A stretch of 11,977 nucleotides of DNA, taken from contig JBAXKK010000078.1 of NCBI GenBank assembly GCA_037137395.1, forward strand, positions 1 through 11,977, read 5' to 3'. How positions within the stretch are numbered: position 1 is the stretch's first letter; the number at the start of each line of letters is the position of its first letter. A program made the translations under genes and the position numbers. Under the pieces are notes generated by a model. That model saw only the letters and a list, made by a program, of their open reading frames with translations. It ran no database searches and was not told the DNA's origin. The DNA comes from Elusimicrobiota bacterium (lineage in GTDB: Bacteria; Elusimicrobiota; Elusimicrobia; Elusimicrobiales; UBA9959). Positions 6,692 through 11,977 of this stretch are shown in pieces.

Positions 6692-8098
6692 ATGGATTGG
6701 AAATGGAAAACTATCATTGAGCCCTTTAAAATAAAAAGCGTGGAACCGCTGGGTTTCACTACGCGTGAAGAACGCCAAAAGCTCCTTGAGCAGGCTCATT
6801 ACAATCTTTTCAACATCAAGGCGGAAAAAGTCCTTATCGATCTTCTGACCGACAGCGGCACGGGAGCAATGAGCGCGGCCCAATGGGGCGGCATCATGAC
6901 AGGCGACGAATCCTACGCGGGGGCGCGCAGCTATTTCAATTTTGAGAACGAGATAAAGGGTCTGACCGGTTTTGAGGAAGTTATACCTGTTCATCAGGGC
7001 CGCGCCGCTGAAAAAATACTTTTCTCCGTCATCGGCGGCAAGGGCAAGTATGTTATATCCAACTCTCACTTCGACACTACCCGCGCTAATGTTGAGGCTT
7101 CCGGCGCCCAGGCCGTAGACTTCCCCGCCAAAGCCGCTCTGGATTTTGATAAACCGGCCCCTTTTAAAGGGAATGCTGACTTGGCCGCCATGGAAAAATT
7201 TATAAAAGAAAAAGGCGCTAAAAATATTCCGCTGTGCGTTATGACAATAACCAATAATTCGCTCGGCGGCCAGCCGGTCTCGATGGAGAATCTGAAGGGC
7301 GCCCACGGCATAGCCCGCAAATACGGCATACCGCTGTTCCTGGACTGCGCCCGTTTCGCCGAGAACGCCTACTTCATTAAACTGCGCGAAAAAGGCTATA
7401 GCCGCGTGCCGGTGCGCAAGATAGCCGAGGCCATGTTTGAGCTGGCCGACGGCACCTGGATGAGCTCCAAGAAAGACGCTTTCGCGAACATCGGCGGCTT
7501 CCTGGCCATGAACGACAAGGACTGGGCGTCCAAAGCCCGCCAGCTTCTGATCCTCACGGAAGGCTTCTCCACTTACGGCGGTCTGGCCGGGCGGGACCTG
7601 GAGGCTATCGCCATAGGCCTGCGGGAAGTGCTGGACGAAAATTACCTGCAGTACCGGCTGCGCTCGGTTGAATATTTTGGAGAAGGCCTGTTGAAGCACG
7701 GCATCCCGATAATAAATCCCCCGGGCGGACACGGAGTATATATAAACGCAAAAAAGTTTCTGCCGCATATAAAACCCCGGAATTTCCCGGCGCAGTCTCT
7801 AGCCTGCCAGCTTTATCTGGAAGGCGGCATACGAGGCGTTGAGATAGGCACGCTGATGTTCGGACGCCGAGACGCCAATGACAATTTTCTGCCGGCGCCC
7901 ATGGAACTGGTCCGCCTGGCCATGCCCCGGCGCGTATATACTCAGAGCCACATAGATTACGTTATAGAGGTGTTTGGCCTTATCGCCAAAAATAAGAATG
8001 AAATATGCGGCCTGGATGTTGTGGAAGCACCACGGGCGCTCGCCCATTTCACAGCCAAGCTTAAACCGATGAAGCAGCCAGTAGCCGGTAACCGGTAA
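6692..8098 (+). CDS. tnaA: Tryptophanase (tryptophan indole-lyase; PLP-dependent beta-eliminating lyase)
   Basis: 468 aa with EPFKIKSVEP, IDLLTDSGTGAMS, GDESY, HQGRAAE, MSSKKD (PLP lysine), YGGLAGRD and RLAMPRRVYT. The discriminating positions are tryptophanase-type: FDTTR (TPL has FTTTR), EIG (TPL has ERG) and HFTA (TPL has FFTA). Confidence 0.88.
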   Translation: MDWKWKTIIEPFKIKSVEPLGFTTREERQKLLEQAHYNLFNIKAEKVLIDLLTDSGTGAMSAAQWGGIMTGDESYAGARSYFNFENEIKGLTGFEEVIPVHQGRAAEKILFSVIGGKGKYVISNSHFDTTRANVEASGAQAVDFPAKAALDFDKPAPFKGNADLAAMEKFIKEKGAKNIPLCVMTITNNSLGGQPVSMENLKGAHGIARKYGIPLFLDCARFAENAYFIKLREKGYSRVPVRKIAEAMFELADGTWMSSKKDAFANIGGFLAMNDKDWASKARQLLILTEGFSTYGGLAGRDLEAIAIGLREVLDENYLQYRLRSVEYFGEGLLKHGIPIINPPGGHGVYINAKKFLPHIKPRNFPAQSLACQLYLEGGIRGVEIGTLMFGRRDANDNFLPAPMELVRLAMPRRVYTQSHIDYVIEVFGLIAKNKNEICGLDVVEAPRALAHFTAKLKPMKQPVAGNR

Positions 8099-8153
8099 CA
8101 AGTTAGCCGGTATTCGGTAACCAGTGACCGGTAACCGGTTACTGAATACCGCT
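8076..8153. repeat. 7-nt tandem array of near-palindromic units (consensus ~ARCCGGT) containing a 15-bp stem-loop
   Basis: AGCCAGT AGCCGGT AACCGGT AACAAGT T AGCCGGT ATTCGGT AACCAGT GACCGGT AACCGGT TACTGAA TACCGCT. The stem CGGTATTCGGTAACC (8108-8122) pairs with GGTTACTGAATACCG (8137-8151) with one G-U pair. No U-tract follows. Confidence 0.85.
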
Positions 8154-8160
8154 GTTAGAC

Positions 8161-8220
8161 CTGTCGTACTGTCTCGCTGTCGTACTGCCGCACTGTCTTG
8201 CTGCCGCGCTGTCTTGCTAC
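8161..8220 (+). repeat. 8-nt tandem array, 7 copies, consensus CTGYCKYR
   Basis: CTGTCGTA CTGTCTCG CTGTCGTA CTGCCGCA CTGTCTTG CTGCCGCG CTGTCTTG CTAC, ending 3 nt before ATG 8224. Confidence 0.9.
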
Positions 8221-8223
8221 TTT

Positions 8224-10251
8224 ATGTTTAAATACCACCGCTTTGAAAAAGTCAGAAGAGAACTCGAAACCATCGTCGGCCCCGAGAATGTATTCACCGA
8301 TAACGCCGAACTCCTGATGTATTCCTACGACGCTGGCATGGCCAGGGCGAAACCGGAAGCGGTGTTGCTCTTCACAGCCATCGACCAGGTTGCGCCGGCG
8401 GTCAAAATACTTTACTCCGCCGGCATACCTTTTCTCCCCAGAATAGCCGGCACAAATCTCTCCGGCGGAACCATCCCCCTGAAGGGCGGAGTAATATTAA
8501 ACCTGACGCTTTTAAATAAAATACGCCAGATAGACACGCTGACCGGCGTAGCCCTGGTGGAACCGGGAGTGGTGAATCTGCGCCTGCAGACTGAGCTGGA
8601 TAAATTCGGCTTTTTCTACGCTCCGGACCCGTCGAGCCAGAAAGTATCCACCATCGGCGGCAACATCGGGGAAAACGCCGGCGGCCCCCAATGCCTGAAA
8701 TACGGCGTTACCTCCGACAACGTAACACGCCTGGAAGTAGTCACACCCGAAGGCGATGTGAAGATCTGGGCCTTCGACGACCCGGGACCGGACCTAATGA
8801 GCCTGATCATAGGCTCGGAAGGCACTCTCGGAATCGTCACCAGAGCCTGGCTTAAGATCCTCAAAAAACCTGAAGCCATAAAGACCGCGGTGGCGGCGTT
8901 CTCATCCATCGAAAGTGCCATTGACGCCGTGGCCCGAATTGTCGGCGCGGGCATCGTGCCGCGCGCGCTGGAAGCCATGGATAAGATCTCGCTGAACGCG
9001 GCAAAGAAAAACCTGAAAACGGATTATCCGCCCGGCACTGAAGCCATTCTGCTGATAGAACTGGACGGCGAAAGCGATAAGCTGGTCTCAAAAGAGCTGC
9101 ACTCTATCATGGATATCTGCACCGCCTGCCTCTCCACCTACTTCAGGATCGCCGAGGATCCGGAGGAACGGGAAGCGCTATGGGCTGCCCGCAAAGGCGC
9201 CTATCCGGCCATGGCCCGCCTGGCTCCCAATGTAATGGTGGAGGACGGGGTAGTCCCCCGCCCAAGACTGCCGGAAGCCCTTAAAGAAACAAGAGCTATA
9301 ATTTCAAAACACAAGTTAAACGCCGGACTCCTGTTCCATGCGGGGGACGGGAATCTCCACCCCAATATAATCTTCGACGAACGCGATATGCAGGAAGTAA
9401 AACGTGTCAGAAAAGCCGGCTATGAGATACTCAAAAGCTGCATACGACTGGGCGGATCCATCTCAGGCGAACATGGTATAGGCGTGGAAAAGCGGGTTGC
9501 GATGAGCTGGATGTTCGACGCCCCCACACTGGATTTTTTTGGCGCCATAAAAAACGCTTTTGACCCCAAAGATCTGGCCAATCCGGATAAGATACTTCCG
9601 GTTGCAGCCGACCGCCGGGCCAAAGAGCGCCTTTTTGAGCACGATCTTTTCGGCGAAGCCGTAAACGCCCTCATAGCGGAGCTCCGGCTCCGCGCCGCGG
9701 GCGGAATCAAAAGTCTGATTAGAGGAACCGGCACAAAACTTCCAAAAGACACAGCGGGCTTAAACGCCAAGCCGCTGGATACCCGCGCGCTTAATAAAGT
9801 TCTGGATCTTGACCGCGAAAATTTCACCGTCCGGGCCGAGGCCGGCATGCCGATCCGCGAACTGAAGAAATGGCTTAAAAAAGCCGGTTTTGACATCGAG
9901 CTGCCGGACCTGGAAGGAACTCTGGGCGGCGCGGCCGCCGCCAAAGCGTGGCCGCCCATGCGCGATATCCTGCTGGGTATGGATGTGGCCCTGGCCGACG
10001 GCAAAATTCTCTCCCTTGGCGGCAAGACAGTCAAGAATGTCGCGGGTTACGACGCCATGAAAATTTTTTGCGGATCCATGGGCGCTTACGGCGTGATACT
10101 TACCGTCACCCTCAAAACGACTCTCAGGGCCGGGCTCCCGGGGGAAGTCAAAGGCCCGAAAGCGCCGTTCAAGCCGGAGGACCACCACCGGCGTCTTAAA
10201 AAAGCGGTTGATCCAGAGAACCTGCTGAATCCGTGGGTGTATGAGTCATAA
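8224..10251 (+). CDS. glcD: FAD-linked 2-hydroxyacid (glycolate/D-lactate) dehydrogenase GlcD, fused to a shortened GlcE-like FAD-binding module
   Basis: Residues 1 to ~459 carry GTNLSGG, APDPSSQ..STIGGNIGENAGG...KYGVT, GSEGTLG, HAGDGNLHP, GEHGIG and FDP....NPDK. Residues ~478-675 carry IRGTGTK, TVRAEAG, GTLGG, GGKTVKNVAGYD..K...GSMG.YGVI and LK...DP..LLNP, which are GlcE-type. Confidence 0.88.
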   Translation: MFKYHRFEKVRRELETIVGPENVFTDNAELLMYSYDAGMARAKPEAVLLFTAIDQVAPAVKILYSAGIPFLPRIAGTNLSGGTIPLKGGVILNLTLLNKIRQIDTLTGVALVEPGVVNLRLQTELDKFGFFYAPDPSSQKVSTIGGNIGENAGGPQCLKYGVTSDNVTRLEVVTPEGDVKIWAFDDPGPDLMSLIIGSEGTLGIVTRAWLKILKKPEAIKTAVAAFSSIESAIDAVARIVGAGIVPRALEAMDKISLNAAKKNLKTDYPPGTEAILLIELDGESDKLVSKELHSIMDICTACLSTYFRIAEDPEEREALWAARKGAYPAMARLAPNVMVEDGVVPRPRLPEALKETRAIISKHKLNAGLLFHAGDGNLHPNIIFDERDMQEVKRVRKAGYEILKSCIRLGGSISGEHGIGVEKRVAMSWMFDAPTLDFFGAIKNAFDPKDLANPDKILPVAADRRAKERLFEHDLFGEAVNALIAELRLRAAGGIKSLIRGTGTKLPKDTAGLNAKPLDTRALNKVLDLDRENFTVRAEAGMPIRELKKWLKKAGFDIELPDLEGTLGGAAAAKAWPPMRDILLGMDVALADGKILSLGGKTVKNVAGYDAMKIFCGSMGAYGVILTVTLKTTLRAGLPGEVKGPKAPFKPEDHHRRLKKAVDPENLLNPWVYES

Positions 10252-10268
10252 CGCATAGCGTTATGACT
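10244..10268 (+). other. Perfect 11-bp hairpin overlapping the glcD/E stop codon
   Basis: AGTCATAACGC-ATA-GCGTTATGACT. The stop codon TAA (10249-10251) is in the 5' arm. There is no U-tract, so it is not called a terminator. Confidence 0.75.
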
Positions 10269-10348
10269 GCCATAAGCTTTAAGCCATAGGCCGTAGAATC
10301 AATCTGCGTATGGCTTATGGCGGGCGCGGCGCCCTTATAGCCTACGGC
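10269..10348. repeat. 7-nt array (GCCATAR-like) in direct and inverted orientation
   Basis: Direct copies: GCCATAA GCTTTAA GCCATAG GCCGTAG (10269-10296). Inverted copies: GTATGGC TTATGGC (10308-10321) and TTATAGC CTACGGC (10335-10348). Confidence 0.8.
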
Positions 10349-10358
10349 AAATATTTTT

Positions 10359-11729
10359 ATGACCAAATACGACATCAACGAACTTTACGACCATAATCAG
10401 GAACCTTTCCACCTGAAGCACCTGCTCACAGATCTGGGCGAGCGGACCATATACGACGCCGTGGCCCAATGCAATCGCTGCGGTTATTGCGAAACGGTTT
10501 GCCCCACATACATGATGACCGGCCGCGAAACCATTTCCGCGCGGGGCCGCAACCAGTTCCTGCGGCTTCTCATAGAGGGCAGGACCCGCGATATCGATTC
10601 CGCCGGGGAATCATTTTCCACCTGCCTCCTGTGCGGCGCCTGCACATCGGTCTGCTACGCCAAAGTTCCCACCGCGGACCTGGTGCTTGAAGGCCGCCGC
10701 AGCGGAGCGGGCTACGGTCAGAGTTTCGCCGCGCGCCTGGCCGTGGATATGCTTTTAAACAAGCGCCCTTTTTTCGAACTCGCGCTTAAAGCCGGGTTTC
10801 TGCTGAAGCGTCTCGGCCTGTCGGCCCTGGCAGGCAAGCTGGGGCTTTACGATTTTATAGGCATGCCCGCGCTTTATACGGCACAAAGCTCTCTTGACCG
10901 CGCCCCGCTGAAGTTCCTGCGGGACATTTTCGGCAAGGACGCTTCCCTGAAACCCGAAGGCAAAAAGGAGATCTCCTGGGCATATTTCGCCCCCTGCGGC
11001 CCGAACTATGTCTTCACCGAAGTGGGACTCTCCACCGTTGCTCTGCTAAAGCGCTTTCTTGGAGAAGGCGTGTTCACGGATAATTTCTGCTGCGGGCTCA
11101 TCGCCTACAACTACGGCCGCGTGACTGAGGCCAGAGAATTCGCCAAAAAAAATATCCTTCGCTTTGAAGAGCTGAAGACCATGTTCGGAGATTTCACCGT
11201 GGTTGGCGACTGCTCTTCATGCGTGGCCTTCATGAAAACTTACGAGCAGCTTTTCACGGGGGATGAAGAATGGCAGCCTCGCGCCAAAGCTTTTGCCGCA
11301 GCCGTTAAGGATATTCTTGAGGCCCTGCCGGCGGAGGCAATAAAAGGCCGCAGCCCGGCCGAAGGAGAAACTGTCACTTATCACGACTCCTGCCGCGCCT
11401 GCCACGGACAGGGCATCCGCTCGGAGCCGCGCGAGGTGCTTAAAAAGCTGGCGGGGAAATCTTTTACCGAACTGCCCGAAAGCGAGTGGTGCTGCGGCGG
11501 CGCCGGCGCTTACGCGTTCACACAGCCAGCTCTCTCTGAACGGATCTCGGACCGCAAGATGCGAAATATCGCTTCAACACAGGCTAAAACGGTGCTGGTC
11601 GGCGCGACCTCGTGTCTCCTTCAGATAAACGCCGGCTTGAAGGAAAAATACCCTTCAGCCAAGGCCGTCCACTACAGCGTTTACGTAGATAATCTGACCA
11701 AGCAAGTAAACGATAACGAACAGAAATAA
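10359..11729 (+). CDS. glcF: GlcF-like iron-sulfur subunit (two 4Fe-4S motifs plus two CCG domains)
   Basis: 456 aa with CNRCGYCETVCP, SARGR, CLLCGACTSVC, FCCG, DCSSC, YHDSCRACH, WCCGGAG and TSC. It lies directly downstream of glcD/E. Confidence 0.88.
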   Translation: MTKYDINELYDHNQEPFHLKHLLTDLGERTIYDAVAQCNRCGYCETVCPTYMMTGRETISARGRNQFLRLLIEGRTRDIDSAGESFSTCLLCGACTSVCYAKVPTADLVLEGRRSGAGYGQSFAARLAVDMLLNKRPFFELALKAGFLLKRLGLSALAGKLGLYDFIGMPALYTAQSSLDRAPLKFLRDIFGKDASLKPEGKKEISWAYFAPCGPNYVFTEVGLSTVALLKRFLGEGVFTDNFCCGLIAYNYGRVTEAREFAKKNILRFEELKTMFGDFTVVGDCSSCVAFMKTYEQLFTGDEEWQPRAKAFAAAVKDILEALPAEAIKGRSPAEGETVTYHDSCRACHGQGIRSEPREVLKKLAGKSFTELPESEWCCGGAGAYAFTQPALSERISDRKMRNIASTQAKTVLVGATSCLLQINAGLKEKYPSAKAVHYSVYVDNLTKQVNDNEQK

Positions 11730-11738
11730 GACGCCCCC

Positions 11739-11773
11739 CTATTTCGCCAGACGCTAATTCGCTATTTCGCTAA
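11739..11773 (+). repeat. Degenerate 8-nt micro-array CTAWTTCG
   Basis: CTATTTCG (11739-11746), CCAGACG, CTAATTCG (11754-11761), CTATTTCG (11762-11769), CTAA. Confidence 0.65.
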
Positions 11774-11776
11774 TAA

Positions 11777-11785
11777 TGGTAGAAT
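11777..11785 (+). promoter_or_regulatory. Putative extended -10 promoter positioned for a leaderless transcript
   Basis: TGgTAGAAT, followed by exactly 6 nt (AATTTT) and ATG 11792. There is no SD sequence. Confidence 0.5.
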
Positions 11786-11791
11786 AATTTT

Positions 11792-11977
11792 ATGACCCGA
11801 CCGGAAGAACTGGAAAAAAGGCTTAACCTGCTGGTAAAGTTCGGCGGCCTCATCTCCACCGAGACTAACCTGACCAAGCTTCTGGAGCTCATAGCCGATC
11901 AGGTAAAGCGGATGCTGAACGACAAGGCTCCGGGCCAGGGCGTCCCGCTGGCCTTTGAAGCCGGGCTCCTGCCGAGC
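11792..11977 (+). CDS. Probable GAF-domain signalling protein, N-terminal fragment (runs off the right edge)
   Basis: MTRPEELEKRLNLLVKFGGLISTETNLTKLLELIADQVKRMLNDKAPGQGVPLAFEAGLLPS. The first ~43 aa resemble the two entry helices of GAF domains (..IS.E.NL.KLLE.I......L). The ORF track misses it because there is no stop codon in the window. Confidence 0.55.
   Translation, partial: MTRPEELEKRLNLLVKFGGLISTETNLTKLLELIADQVKRMLNDKAPGQGVPLAFEAGLLPS

Noticed and set aside
6689..7768. 359-aa minus-strand ORF opposite tnaA
   Set aside because: It is an in-register antisense shadow with no recognisable domain.
6692..8098. Tyrosine phenol-lyase (tpl) as an alternative call
   Set aside because: Three discriminating positions (FDTT, EIG, HFTA) match tryptophanase rather than TPL.
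8076..8220. CRISPR array or Rho-independent terminator interpretation of the repeats
   Set aside because: The units are 7-8 nt and contiguous, with no unique spacers and no cas genes. The hairpin lacks a U-tract on either strand.
8616..10378. ORFs 8616-8978, 8861-9091, 9420-10034, 9760-10188, 9948-10199 and 10196-10378
   Set aside because: They are antisense or off-frame shadows of glcD/E or of the repeat-filled spacer, with no motifs or independent expression signals.
1..11977. Defence system, mobile element or structured RNA gene
   Set aside because: No transposase, integrase, nuclease, reverse transcriptase, tRNA or rRNA signature was recognised. The patatin has no CD-NTase neighbour, so CBASS is unsupported.

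Overview
Gene-dense bacterial metabolic region with no recognisable rRNA, tRNA, CRISPR array, transposase or phage gene. It has two divergent blocks. The minus-strand block, read right to left, encodes a patatin-like phospholipase, a TauE/SafE (TSUP) membrane protein, a DUF1634-like membrane protein, a long-form sugar-1-phosphate nucleotidyltransferase, a GH13 neopullulanase/cyclomaltodextrinase-like hydrolase, and a CYTH-domain protein that runs off the left edge and is absent from the ORF track. The plus-strand block encodes a DUF1646-like transporter, tryptophanase (tnaA, with no tnaC leader or adjacent tnaB), a GlcD protein fused to a shortened GlcE-like module, a GlcF-like Fe-S/CCG protein, and the start of a probable GAF-domain protein at the right edge. 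The most unusual signal is non-coding: five gene junctions carry six degenerate 7- or 8-nt tandem micro-arrays, each with a different unit. Three include inverted copies that can form hairpins, and three overlap the upstream stop codon. All family calls come from motif recognition by eye, not database searches.
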